A stretch of 64,000 nt of DNA from contig CAXXLV010000002.1 in the NCBI GenBank assembly GCA_963664305.2, forward strand, positions 192,001-256,000, in the 5' to 3' direction. Under the pieces are notes generated by a model. That model saw only the letters and a list, made by a program, of their open reading frames with translations, was not told the DNA's origin and made no database searches. Positions 18,642 through 29,102 of this stretch are shown here, piece by piece; positions within the stretch are counted from its first letter, which is position 1, and each line of letters begins with the position of its first letter. The DNA is from an uncultured Aliarcobacter sp. (GTDB lineage Bacteria; Campylobacterota; Campylobacteria; Campylobacterales; Arcobacteraceae). The position numbers were made by a program, and so were the translations under genes.

Positions 18642-20255
18642 ATGTTTATGGAACATTTGGCACTTACTTATAAGTGTCATAGCTCAATTGGTAATAGTTT
18701 AGATTTAAATTCTATGATAAAAGAAGTTCTTACTACATTTGTCGAAGAAACAAATGCAATTAATGGCTTTTTTTATCTTATTGATGAAAATAATGACATA
18801 TATAAGTATATGTCTTATAACAACTCTTTGGAATATGAGAAAGAGTTATTAAAGAGTTATATGCAAGATTTAAAATATGTAAAGATATTTGATTTTGAAC
18901 AAAATAAATTGATAGTATTGCCACTTGATAAAGGAATATTTTTTATCATTTATGAAAACAATGATATAAATTTTGAATATATAACTTCTATGTTTCAAGA
19001 TTTAATTGTTAAATTGAACATAAGTATTGATGCATGTTTAAATGTTCAAAGAATGAAAAATAAAAATAAAATATTAAAACATTTAACAAATGAGTTAAAA
19101 GAACAACAAAAACAATTAATTGAATCTGATAAATATAAAAGTGATTTTTTGGCAAATATGTCCCATGAATTAAAAACTCCATTAAATTCTATTATTGTTA
19201 TTTCATCTATCATGTCAAAAAATAAGAACAAAAAACTTGATGATGAACAAGTTAAAAATATGAAAATCATAAACAATTGTGGAAATGATTTATTAGTTCT
19301 TATAAATGATATTTTAGATATTTCTAAAATAGAAGCAGGTGAAGTTACAATCAATTTAACAAAAACAAATATGAATCAATTGATAGAAGATTTAATAACA
19401 GAGATGCAGCCTTTGGCTGTTGAAAAAGAGTTATTGTTGATTTCAAATTGTTTATTAAATCAGATTTTTTTATTAACAGATTCAAGTAGAATAAAACAAA
19501 TTCTAAAAAATCTTATAAGTAATGCAATAAAATTTACTAAAGAGGGTAAAATAGAGGTAATTTTAGAAGAAAATGCCAATGATTTAACTATAAAAGTTAT
19601 TGATGAAGGTATAGGAATAGCAAAAGAAAAATTACAACATATTTTTGAAAGATTCAAACAAGCTGATGGTAGTACAACAAGAAAATATGGTGGAACAGGC
19701 TTAGGATTAGCAATATCAAAAGAGCTTGCACTTTTATTAGGAGCAGATATTAAAGCTTTTAGTGAAATTGATAAAGGTAGTACTTTTGAGCTTATTTTGC
19801 CTAAGAAAACAAATATTAAAAATATCTCAGATGATAAAGTTACAATTTTTTCTAAAAACGAAAATGAAGTTATAGAGGATATAGTCTTTTTTGATATGGA
19901 TGAACATGTTTTAGAAGAAACAAAACTAAAACAAGAAGATAAAATTTTAGTTATAAATAGTGACCATAGCTCTTTTTTCCCCATTGCTGTTGCTTTGAAA
20001 AAACAAGGTGTAATTATTGACTATTTTAATTCATTTGAGGAGAGTTTAATCTCTTTGGAAAAAAATTATAGATTAATTTTAATTTATGAAGAAAATTTAT
20101 CTTCAAATTTAGATGAGGTTTTGGAGTATATAAAAAATGAAAATTTGAATTATTTACTAATTACAACAAATGCTGAAAATATAGAAAATTCTTTGTCTAA
20201 AGAATTAGTAAAAACTGAGTTATTGAATAAAATTTTAACATATTTGGAAAAATGA
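18642..20255 (+). CDS. Cytoplasmic hybrid-type sensor histidine kinase with a degenerate C-terminal receiver
   Basis: FLANMSHELKTPLN, NLISNAIKFT, DEGIGI, YGGTGLGLAIS. Confidence 0.88.
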   Translation: MFMEHLALTYKCHSSIGNSLDLNSMIKEVLTTFVEETNAINGFFYLIDENNDIYKYMSYNNSLEYEKELLKSYMQDLKYVKIFDFEQNKLIVLPLDKGIFFIIYENNDINFEYITSMFQDLIVKLNISIDACLNVQRMKNKNKILKHLTNELKEQQKQLIESDKYKSDFLANMSHELKTPLNSIIVISSIMSKNKNKKLDDEQVKNMKIINNCGNDLLVLINDILDISKIEAGEVTINLTKTNMNQLIEDLITEMQPLAVEKELLLISNCLLNQIFLLTDSSRIKQILKNLISNAIKFTKEGKIEVILEENANDLTIKVIDEGIGIAKEKLQHIFERFKQADGSTTRKYGGTGLGLAISKELALLLGADIKAFSEIDKGSTFELILPKKTNIKNISDDKVTIFSKNENEVIEDIVFFDMDEHVLEETKLKQEDKILVINSDHSSFFPIAVALKKQGVIIDYFNSFEESLISLEKNYRLILIYEENLSSNLDEVLEYIKNENLNYLLITTNAENIENSLSKELVKTELLNKILTYLEK

Positions 20256-20256
20256 A

Positions 20257-21372
20257 ATGGATAAATTTAATATTTTACTTGTAGATGATGTTCCTGAAAA
20301 TATCTATTCTTTAAAGATGATGATAGAAGATAGTTTTGATGTAAGAATTTATTCTGCATTAAATGCGCAAGAAGGAATTGAAATTCTTATGAAAGAGAAT
20401 GTAGATTTGATTTTAACGGATGTTCAAATGCCTGATATTGATGGATTTGAATTTGTTGATTATATTAAAAATATAGAAAGAACAAAAGATATTCCAGTTA
20501 TTTTTATAACAGGAATTTATGATAAAGATGAATATAAAACAAAAGGTTATAATTTAGGGGCTGTTGAATATATCACAAAACCAATTCATGATGTTTTATT
20601 AAACTCTAAATTAAAAGTTTATATTGATATTTTTGAAAGAAGAAAAGAAGACGAAAAACAAATTGCTGAAAAAGAAAAAGTATTAATTCATCAATCAAAA
20701 ATGGCAACTATGGGTGAGATGATAGGTGTTATTGCACATCAATTAAAACAGCCTTTAAATGTCTTATCTTTGTATTGTAACGATGTAAAATCTTCTTATG
20801 AATACAATGAAATTGATGATAAGTTTATTGAAGATTTTTCTAAAAATACAAAAGAACAAATAACATTTTTAAGTGAAACTATAGATGGATTTAGAAATTT
20901 TTTCAATCCTGAAAAAAGTAAAAGAACATTTTTTATTAGAGATGCAATAAATACTTCTATTAAGTTGTTAGGAAATCAGTTTGAAGTAAATAAAATTGAA
21001 TTAAATGTAGATGTTTCAGAAGAAGAAGTTTATGGTAATGAAACAGAATTAGAACAAGTGATTTTAAATATTATAAATAATTCAATTGATGCTTTTAAAG
21101 AAAGAGAGATAGAAAATAGAAAAGTTAATATCTCAGTTTTATCAAAACAATCATATACAATTTTGATTATGGAAGATAACGCAGGTGGAGTAAAGCTTGA
21201 GACTTTAGAAAAACTTTTTGATCCATACTATACAACAAAAGCAAATGGAACAGGTACAGGACTTTATATGGTTAAGTTAGTTATCAAAAATAGTTTTGGT
21301 GGAGATTTAAAAATAGCAAATACAAAAGATGGATTAAGATATATCATAGCTCTTCCTCAAAAGAGACTATGA
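20257..21372 (+). CDS. Receiver-histidine kinase hybrid
   Basis: LLVDD, LILTDVQMP, TKP; IAHQLKQPL, DNAGG, GTGTGLYM. Confidence 0.88.
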   Translation: MDKFNILLVDDVPENIYSLKMMIEDSFDVRIYSALNAQEGIEILMKENVDLILTDVQMPDIDGFEFVDYIKNIERTKDIPVIFITGIYDKDEYKTKGYNLGAVEYITKPIHDVLLNSKLKVYIDIFERRKEDEKQIAEKEKVLIHQSKMATMGEMIGVIAHQLKQPLNVLSLYCNDVKSSYEYNEIDDKFIEDFSKNTKEQITFLSETIDGFRNFFNPEKSKRTFFIRDAINTSIKLLGNQFEVNKIELNVDVSEEEVYGNETELEQVILNIINNSIDAFKEREIENRKVNISVLSKQSYTILIMEDNAGGVKLETLEKLFDPYYTTKANGTGTGLYMVKLVIKNSFGGDLKIANTKDGLRYIIALPQKRL

Positions 21373-22625
21373 TGGCTATTCTCTGTTAATTCTTTTACTT
21401 TTTCTTCTAAAGATTTAATTACATCTTTTAAATCTTCTATTCTTTTATTTTTTTGTTCATTCATTTCAGTAAGTAAAGCTAACTCTTTTTTTGTAGCTGC
21501 TATTTCTTCATGAGATTCTTTGATTTTTTCTAATAAAGTTGCTTTTTCTTGTTTTAGTAATAATACGCTTTTTGAATACTCTTCTGCTTCTTTACTTTTT
21601 ACTGTCATATGACCATAATATTTTTCATCAACATTATGCATTTGTAATTCATAGTGGTCAAGTTGTCTTTGTCTGCTTAAAGTTTTTGCTTTTTGCTCTT
21701 CTAACTCTTCTTGTAATCTTGGAATATATGATTCTAATTGATTAAGTCTATCTGTTAGTTCTTGAAATTGTTTTTTATAAAGATACTCTTTTTTATTAAA
21801 TTCTTGAAGTGTTTTTATAACTTTTTTTTGAAATTCTCTTTTTTCTATATTCTCTTTAGTTGTTGAAAAACCAATTGTAATATATTCAGTTTTTGAATCT
21901 GAATCAAGACTAAAAATTGTATTTTTTAAATAAAAAGCTTCATTGTCTTTTGCTAAAAATTTTGTATTTCCAGTCCAAGAATCACCTTTTTTTAAACTTT
22001 CCCATGTTTTTTCAATATATTCTTTTGGAATATCTGGATGAATTAATCCAGAAAATCCAATCTCTTTTAACTCTTCAATTGTATATTTTGAAGTTTCAAG
22101 TAAACTTTTATTTGCAAAAGAGATATTTCCATCCCCGTCCATTTTATAAATTAAAGCTACATTATCAACAGCTTCAAGATATTTTTTTAGTTTATATTGT
22201 TTCTCATCTAATTGTGATTGAATATATTGCTTTTCACAAGCTTCTGAAACTTTTTTTATTAAAATTGATGTATCTATTGGTTTTATAATATAGCTTGTTA
22301 CATTTAAATCAATAGCTTTTACAATATTTTCTGTTTCACTTCTTGCTGTTGTATAAATAAGAGGTACATTAAGGTCAAGTTCTCTTATTTTTTCAACCAT
22401 TTCTAAACCATTCATAATAGGCATATTTATGTCAGATACGATTAAATCAATTTTTGTATTTGAATTAAATGCTTCTTTGAATCTTTCTAAACCCTCTTGA
22501 CCATTTATTGCAATAACAACATTTTTGAATATTTTTCCTAAGAGTTTAGCAAGTTTTTCTCTTGCTAAATCTTCATCTTCTACAAAAAGTACAGTTTGGG
22601 TTTTTAAAAATTCTGAATCTATCAT
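21357..22625 (-). CDS. Response regulator (REC-PAS-coiled coil)
   Basis: LFVEDE, VSDINMP, IKP; PAS with IHPD; long heptad-rich C-terminus. Confidence 0.8.
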   Translation of the reverse strand: MIDSEFLKTQTVLFVEDEDLAREKLAKLLGKIFKNVVIAINGQEGLERFKEAFNSNTKIDLIVSDINMPIMNGLEMVEKIRELDLNVPLIYTTARSETENIVKAIDLNVTSYIIKPIDTSILIKKVSEACEKQYIQSQLDEKQYKLKKYLEAVDNVALIYKMDGDGNISFANKSLLETSKYTIEELKEIGFSGLIHPDIPKEYIEKTWESLKKGDSWTGNTKFLAKDNEAFYLKNTIFSLDSDSKTEYITIGFSTTKENIEKREFQKKVIKTLQEFNKKEYLYKKQFQELTDRLNQLESYIPRLQEELEEQKAKTLSRQRQLDHYELQMHNVDEKYYGHMTVKSKEAEEYSKSVLLLKQEKATLLEKIKESHEEIAATKKELALLTEMNEQKNKRIEDLKDVIKSLEEKVKELTENSHHSLF

Positions 22626-22645
22626 TATAAAAATCCTATTATATT

Positions 22646-23392
22646 TTATTCATACGGAGTTGGTTTTGGTGGGAACTCTTCAAATGCTTTTTTTATAGCA
22701 CTTGAAATAGAGTTTCTATATTTATAATTTTGTAAAGGATTAGAGAATTGTAAATATTCAATTGCACCTTCTTCTGTTTTCTCTTTTTTATAAACATAAG
22801 CAACTTTTTTCCCAAGTTTTAGAGTGTTCTCATAGATTGTTTTTGCATATTCATTTATATATGGAAACTCTTTTTCTTTGATTTTATCTCCCCAACAGAA
22901 AAATACAAATTTTCCTGCAGGAATAAAATTTGCTGCATCAAAATACATAATATCTCTATCAAATTCTGTGTTTTGAGCTGAGTTATATTTTTCTAAATCT
23001 TCATTAAATTTAGTTAATAAAGAAGGAACATCAATATGAGATTCTATTAGATTAAATAGATTTTTAATCTCTACAATTTTTCCTTTACAACTCTCTCTCA
23101 TTGCTTGTTTGAAAACAGTTATATAAGTTTCAGCTTTTAATTCAATCATTTTATCAAAGTCATCAAATTCTTGCTCTAATAAGTATTTATTTGAATCAAA
23201 TCCAAGAGGAGTTACAACTGGATTATATAAAAATACAGTTCCTATAATATTCTTTTTTCTATCTTTTGCTGTTTTAATTTTATCTCTTAAATCTTTAGCT
23301 GTAATCTCTTCATCTTCTTCATTAAAGTACATATAACTTTGTGTTAAAAAAATCTCTTCATATTTAGTTTCAATTACTCCGAAATATTGCAT
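22646..23392 (-). CDS. Hypothetical protein
   Basis: About 248 aa open frame after GGAG RBS; no recognised motif. Confidence 0.6.
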   Translation of the reverse strand: MQYFGVIETKYEEIFLTQSYMYFNEEDEEITAKDLRDKIKTAKDRKKNIIGTVFLYNPVVTPLGFDSNKYLLEQEFDDFDKMIELKAETYITVFKQAMRESCKGKIVEIKNLFNLIESHIDVPSLLTKFNEDLEKYNSAQNTEFDRDIMYFDAANFIPAGKFVFFCWGDKIKEKEFPYINEYAKTIYENTLKLGKKVAYVYKKEKTEEGAIEYLQFSNPLQNYKYRNSISSAIKKAFEEFPPKPTPYE

Positions 23393-23432
23393 CAAACTCC
23401 CTTTATTATTTCTATTAAAATATTATCCAACA

Positions 23433-25604
23433 TTAATGAATAGCTGGCTTAGGTTTTTTTATATCTTGTTTTTGATAAATTCTTAGATTTGCACATTCAC
23501 GAATTAATTCGTTGTAATAATTTGTATCATTATATTCATTTTTTAATTTATCAAAATATTTTCCATAATTATTTTTTATATATTCATTATAAACTTTTTC
23601 ATTTCCATAGTACCAAAATCTTTCCAAATCATATCTATAGAAATCTTTATTGTAATAATCAACAGTTTTAGAAGCATAATTTATATCATAAGAAGCTAGT
23701 TCAGATTTTGCTAACATATAAGTGATTTTTGCTTTAAACTCTTTTTCTTTTGCTTCTTCAAGTGCAGTTGTAAAGTGTTTAATAGATAAATCAATTTTTT
23801 CTTTTTGTAAATCATAATCACTAAAAGAGTAAACACTTCTATAAACTGTTGTTAAAATATTTGAATTTCCAAAGTAACTAAGATTATATAAGGCATTTGC
23901 ATAAAGGTAATTATCCATCACGCTTTTTGGATTTTTTTCTAATTCATTTTGAATTACAATAATTTTTTCAAGAAACTCTTTGATACTCATAGTATCTTGT
24001 TTTCCACTTCTATTATTTCCTCTAATTAGACCATTAAACGGATTGAATTGAACTTTTTCATTTAAAATTGAAGCATTTAAATCAAGTGCTTCTTTAAATT
24101 TTAGATTGTTGATTAAAAGTTTAGTTTTTGTATTTAATAGATTTTTACTTAATACAAATTTATCATTTTCTTTATTTAATAGTTTTTGTTCACTATATTT
24201 AGAAGCAAAATGTTCTTTGATTTTTGAATCTTTTGGATTTTCCATAAATATTCTAAATTTTTCCAATAAAGCTAAATCAAAAACAGCGTCATCTAAATAG
24301 TTGATATGATTTGCTAAAAATGCGTTAAATTTGTCATTTTGTTTTAAATATAATTTTTCTAAAACTACAAAAGTATAGTCATGAATTGAAGTAGAATTTG
24401 TCTCATTTTTTGTTAATTTTGACATTTTTTCATATATATCATTTTCTATTTTTATATCTATAGAATTTAATTTTTCAAGATATAAAATATATGATAAAGT
24501 CTGAACTTCATGTGAGTTTGGATAGTTTTTCAGTAATTCTTCTGTGATTTTTGTACTTTCATCAAAGTTTTTTTCATAAAGATTAAAATATGCAAGACTT
24601 AGATTTACTAAATACATATCGTCTTTTTTTACAGTTTTTAAAAATTCAATATATTTTTTATAAGGGAAATTTCTCTCATATTCACTGTGTTGGTCAAAAA
24701 AATGTTGAGTATTTAAAAGTTCTCTATAAAGTGTAAAATCAAACCATTTTGAGTTTTTATCTAAAGTATAAATATTTTGTAACTCTTCGATTACATTACT
24801 ATTTTCATTTAAAGCTCTTAGTGCATAAAATTTTGTTTTTTCTTCATTTGATTTTGCTAAATTTAATAACTCATTCCATTGTTCATTTGTTTTTATATGA
24901 AAAAAATTATAATAACTCAAATGTGAGTTGATTTTATCTTCACTAAAAAGTTTTGAAAATTCATAAACACCTTCTACAACTTTTCCACTTTTTATTAAAG
25001 CTCCAGCATAAAGTCCTTGAATCCAATCTTTTACAATTGTTTTATCATTTGAATCTAATAAATATTTATATTTTTCATAGATTTTTAATGGTTCTTGTTT
25101 TTTATAGTGAGCTAATCTTAACGATAAATAAAAATATCTAAGCTTTAACCATGAAGAGTTTACGGTATCTATTTTATTTAAAGCTTCATCTAAAAGTTTT
25201 TTATAATCAACTAAAGCTCTTTTTTCAACTTCACTCATATAGTAGTTGTAAGTTACATGTTTTTCTTGTCTTTTTACAAGATTTATATAATCAAGGATAT
25301 CTTTATCTTTTAGGTTTTGTAGATTTTCTCTTTTATAAACAAAATCTTCAATCTCTTTTAAAGAATAAGCATCTTTTAGCTCTTTTTTCCACTCTTTTAG
25401 ATTTTCTTCTTTATTTTTTTCTTCATAAGCCCAAACAATTGTATTGTAGACATTTGCAGAATTTACCTCTTCTGAAACATTTGAAAAAGGCATATCTCTA
25501 TTTTCTAAAAAGATAAACTCTTTTTGATTGTAATCCCAACCATCAGCACAAGCTAGAAGATAAAGTTTTACAAAAAGCGTTAAAATTAAAACTCTAAAAA
25601 TCAT
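23433..25604 (-). CDS. Large exported alpha-helical (TPR-like) hypothetical protein
   Basis: Signal peptide ending LLA-C; Tyr/Leu/Ala-rich helical repeats; start overlaps the stop of the upstream gene. Confidence 0.6.
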   Translation of the reverse strand: MIFRVLILTLFVKLYLLACADGWDYNQKEFIFLENRDMPFSNVSEEVNSANVYNTIVWAYEEKNKEENLKEWKKELKDAYSLKEIEDFVYKRENLQNLKDKDILDYINLVKRQEKHVTYNYYMSEVEKRALVDYKKLLDEALNKIDTVNSSWLKLRYFYLSLRLAHYKKQEPLKIYEKYKYLLDSNDKTIVKDWIQGLYAGALIKSGKVVEGVYEFSKLFSEDKINSHLSYYNFFHIKTNEQWNELLNLAKSNEEKTKFYALRALNENSNVIEELQNIYTLDKNSKWFDFTLYRELLNTQHFFDQHSEYERNFPYKKYIEFLKTVKKDDMYLVNLSLAYFNLYEKNFDESTKITEELLKNYPNSHEVQTLSYILYLEKLNSIDIKIENDIYEKMSKLTKNETNSTSIHDYTFVVLEKLYLKQNDKFNAFLANHINYLDDAVFDLALLEKFRIFMENPKDSKIKEHFASKYSEQKLLNKENDKFVLSKNLLNTKTKLLINNLKFKEALDLNASILNEKVQFNPFNGLIRGNNRSGKQDTMSIKEFLEKIIVIQNELEKNPKSVMDNYLYANALYNLSYFGNSNILTTVYRSVYSFSDYDLQKEKIDLSIKHFTTALEEAKEKEFKAKITYMLAKSELASYDINYASKTVDYYNKDFYRYDLERFWYYGNEKVYNEYIKNNYGKYFDKLKNEYNDTNYYNELIRECANLRIYQKQDIKKPKPAIH

Positions 25605-26536
25605 ATTTTCCCTTTTATTAAATTCTCTAAATCAAATTTATCTTTATATTTTATCGTATAAAAAATTATTTCTTCAAATCTATTTTTTGTTAAATTTACA
25701 AAGTCTTCTAAGGCTATTTTTAAATTCTCTTTTTTTACATCTTCAAATCTAAAAATATCATCTTTATAAACATATCTTCCTTTGAAATATGTACTATTTA
25801 AGACCTTATATAAATTTGGTGAAATCTCTATAAAGTTTGAGTCAAAATCACTTTTTTCAACTCCTTCAAAAATACTCAAAGCTTTATTTTCACGAAATTG
25901 AATAGCTTGAGAATAAAGTGGAAGTGCAAGTTTTAATTTTAGTTTATAATTATCAAAATTGTAGTGATATTTTTTTGCAATATCATTATCTAAAATAGAA
26001 TTTTTTGTATTTATATCAGTTATATTTGACATATTGTAGTACATCAAAACTCCATAATCAACAGGTGGAATTCCTGTTTTTACATAATATTTTATTTGAT
26101 GAAGTCTAATTGTTGCACTAATTGTTTTATTTAGTTTAGTTTTTAAATCTTCAAGCAGTTTAAAGTAGTTTGATTGACTTGAATCTGACCAATCACAATC
26201 TATTTGTACTTCTTTAAAATCTAGACTAGTTAATGTTTTTAAAATAGCATTACTTACTAAAGAATAATCTACATTTTTCATAGTTTCATTTGTAATATAA
26301 ACAACTGGAACGAAATCTTTTGGAGTAGTTTTTAGATTTGTTGTAACAAGTTCTAACTTAGTAGAATAAGCAATATCTAAAACTTTTATATAAAGTTTTT
26401 CATTTATATCTTTTTTATCAAAACTATTTTCCCAAGAGTAAAAAGAGATACTCATAGGCTCATTTTTTTTGGTTTGTACAAAAATAAAAGATACAAATAA
26501 AAATATAAGAATAAGAGGTATAAAAAATTTTTTCAT
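25601..26536 (-). CDS. Exported protein with a GH18-like TIM-barrel signature, uncharacterised
   Basis: N-terminal hydrophobic anchor; FYSW, EVQIDCDWS, ATIRLHQ, VDYGVLMYYN, ALPLYS. Confidence 0.55.
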   Translation of the reverse strand: MKKFFIPLILIFLFVSFIFVQTKKNEPMSISFYSWENSFDKKDINEKLYIKVLDIAYSTKLELVTTNLKTTPKDFVPVVYITNETMKNVDYSLVSNAILKTLTSLDFKEVQIDCDWSDSSQSNYFKLLEDLKTKLNKTISATIRLHQIKYYVKTGIPPVDYGVLMYYNMSNITDINTKNSILDNDIAKKYHYNFDNYKLKLKLALPLYSQAIQFRENKALSIFEGVEKSDFDSNFIEISPNLYKVLNSTYFKGRYVYKDDIFRFEDVKKENLKIALEDFVNLTKNRFEEIIFYTIKYKDKFDLENLIKGKI

Positions 26537-26544
26537 AAATTATC

Positions 26545-28170
26545 CTAGAAAGCTTTTACTTTAGTAGCTCTATTTTTTTTCAGCCACTCTTCTTGTAGCT
26601 CTTTACTTTTTTTATTATCTGCACGTTTACTAATAAATCGTGATTTTACATAAGAAGTTGTTTCCTCATTTTCATTATAAGTGTATGTTAGGTTTAAATC
26701 TGCAAGTTGTACCACACTTTTTGCTCTAGTTGCTGCAACATAATAGATATTTAATTCTTCGTTTATTCTTTGATAAGAGAGTCTGTTTTTTGTATTTACA
26801 ATCTCTTTTTTTGAGATAAAATCATCAGCCATCAAAACTTGCTCATACTCTAAACCTTTTGATTTGTGAGTTGTTGTAAAAATAATATCTGCATCTTTTT
26901 TGTCACTAACAAGAAACTCTTTTATTTTTTTATTTATCTCAAAAATATTATCTCCATAAGTATTTATAAACTTGATAATATTTAGATAATCTTGATTTTT
27001 TGTATCTTTTGCAAATTGTTCAAGTTCATTTATTGTTTCAAAATCTTTGATTTCATCTATTGTGATTTTGTCATTTTTTTTCTGTTTTAAATAAAAAATA
27101 GAATAAACAGTTTGGTTCATAAATGAATAAGAGTTATATCCACCTTCAAAATAGATTTTCTTCTTATCATGAATAAAATAAACCAATTGTTGGATTAATC
27201 CAAAAGTACTTCTTGCAATCACGCAAAAAGGTTTAGAAAAATCTATAAACTCCTTTCCTATTTTTGTACTTTTTTCAATTCCTGTAATTTTTAAAAGTTT
27301 ACTACCATTTATCTCATACAAACCATTTAGATAAGATTGTAAAGTTTTTGCATAATTATCACCAAATCTAAAACTTTTTGTTAAATCATAAGAGGGTAAA
27401 TCTATTTTATATAAAGCATTTGTTGCAAATCTAAAACTATAAATTTGTTGAAAAGAATCACCCACATAAATTCTTCTGCAATTCTGATTTTCAACAATTC
27501 CAATCATAACATCACTGATATCTTGTGCTTCATCAATAAGTATTAAATCATAAGGAAGATTTGTTGATATTTTTTTATTTAGATAAAACATTTTTAAATA
27601 AAAATCATGTGTAGCATCTATAGTTTTATTTTTCATACCTGAAAGTATTACTTTTAGATGTTCTAAAACTCTTTTTTCATTTTTATTTAAAATCTCTAAA
27701 ATTTTTGCACCTAAGTCTGATTGTTTTTTATAACTCTCAAGAAGTTTTAAATCTAAAGCAATTAAAGATGAATTACAATAAAAGTTGACTAAATCTTTTA
27801 CTAAAGCTATATATTCCATAGTTGGATAATAACTCTTTTGATTTATTTGAAATTCATGGGTTGTGATAACTTTTTCAATAATATAGTTTTTTAAATCAGC
27901 TGTTAAATTATAATTATAGGCTTCAATTCTGTTATAAGCTAATGAATGTATGGTACTTACATGTAAAAAAGGAAGATTATAATCTTTTAATTTTTCTTGT
28001 AAAGATATTTGTAAAGATTTATTATATGCAAGATATAAAATTTTTAAATGGGAGTTTTTTTTTGCATATTCAAGAAGTGTTGTAGTTTTCCCACTTCCTG
28101 CAACAGCATTTATTTTAAAAGAGAGTTCAGAACTATTGATTATCTCTTCTTGTTCTTTTGTTAATTTCAT
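26545..28170 (-). CDS. UvrD/Rep-family (SF1) helicase
   Basis: AVAGSGKTT, AYNK, STIHSLA, IDEAQD, VGDSFQQIYSFR, TTHKSKGLEY, YVAATRA. Confidence 0.9.
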   Translation of the reverse strand: MKLTKEQEEIINSSELSFKINAVAGSGKTTTLLEYAKKNSHLKILYLAYNKSLQISLQEKLKDYNLPFLHVSTIHSLAYNRIEAYNYNLTADLKNYIIEKVITTHEFQINQKSYYPTMEYIALVKDLVNFYCNSSLIALDLKLLESYKKQSDLGAKILEILNKNEKRVLEHLKVILSGMKNKTIDATHDFYLKMFYLNKKISTNLPYDLILIDEAQDISDVMIGIVENQNCRRIYVGDSFQQIYSFRFATNALYKIDLPSYDLTKSFRFGDNYAKTLQSYLNGLYEINGSKLLKITGIEKSTKIGKEFIDFSKPFCVIARSTFGLIQQLVYFIHDKKKIYFEGGYNSYSFMNQTVYSIFYLKQKKNDKITIDEIKDFETINELEQFAKDTKNQDYLNIIKFINTYGDNIFEINKKIKEFLVSDKKDADIIFTTTHKSKGLEYEQVLMADDFISKKEIVNTKNRLSYQRINEELNIYYVAATRAKSVVQLADLNLTYTYNENEETTSYVKSRFISKRADNKKSKELQEEWLKKNRATKVKAF

Positions 28171-28208
28171 TTTGGAATTTTAGCAAGCTATGCTAAATAG
28201 TATATAAA

Positions 28209-29030
28209 TTACTTTTCATCAAGTAATCTATCTTCCAATATTTCAATAGATTTTTTTAATATCGTTTCATCAAAATTAAACTCTTTTGCTTTTCTTAGAG
28301 CTTTTGCGATTTGAATAGTAGAAAATGGTTCTTTTGGATTACATAATATTTTTGCAATATGTAAGATTTGTGCTTTTTTAAGGAATTCTTCATCACATTT
28401 ATTTAATTCATCTACATATTCTATAGTTTGAATTAGATTTTCACTTAGTTTCCAATGTTTAAATATTTCAGCCGTAACTTGAGATGTTGTCACGCCCAAT
28501 AACTCTTTTTCTATTTCGCTTATCTCTTTTCCCTGAGCCAATTTTTCTTGAAATTTTTCAGTTAAATTATTTGAGATAATTACTTCTGCTAAGATAAATA
28601 ATCCAGTTTGTTGTAAAAGAGCTGGTAAAATCAAATCATCTTTTAACTCAGCATCTTTTTTGCTAATCCAAAGATTGATTAGTGAAGATGTTAATCTTGT
28701 TGATTTTACATAATCATCATGATTTATTCCATAAGGTTTTAAATCAGTTGTTAGCATATTTTGAATAGTTTCATTTATTGCAATAAAAATTGCAAATTTC
28801 ATACCTAAAAGATTAATCAATCTTCCTAATGTTTCAACTTTTGAACGAAAGCCAAACATTGCAGAATTTGAAACTTTTAATAAAGTAGATACGATAAATG
28901 GGTCAGTTTCTAAAATAGATATAAGTTCTTCAACTTCTTGAGACTCTTTTTTTCTAAAAATTTCGATTTTTGTGATGGTTTCTGGAAGAGGTGGAAGGTC
29001 ATTGATTTTTTCAATTATTTTATTTATCAT
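28209..29030 (-). CDS. HDOD domain protein
   Basis: LPPLP, DPFIVSTLLKVSNSAMFG, EKELLG, HWKLS. Confidence 0.85.
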   Translation of the reverse strand: MINKIIEKINDLPPLPETITKIEIFRKKESQEVEELISILETDPFIVSTLLKVSNSAMFGFRSKVETLGRLINLLGMKFAIFIAINETIQNMLTTDLKPYGINHDDYVKSTRLTSSLINLWISKKDAELKDDLILPALLQQTGLFILAEVIISNNLTEKFQEKLAQGKEISEIEKELLGVTTSQVTAEIFKHWKLSENLIQTIEYVDELNKCDEEFLKKAQILHIAKILCNPKEPFSTIQIAKALRKAKEFNFDETILKKSIEILEDRLLDEK

Positions 29031-29102
29031 TTAAAAATTATCCATTTTGAAACTAAGAATATAATCTTTCTTGCGAAAGATTATATTTTAAGTTTTATTA
29101 AA

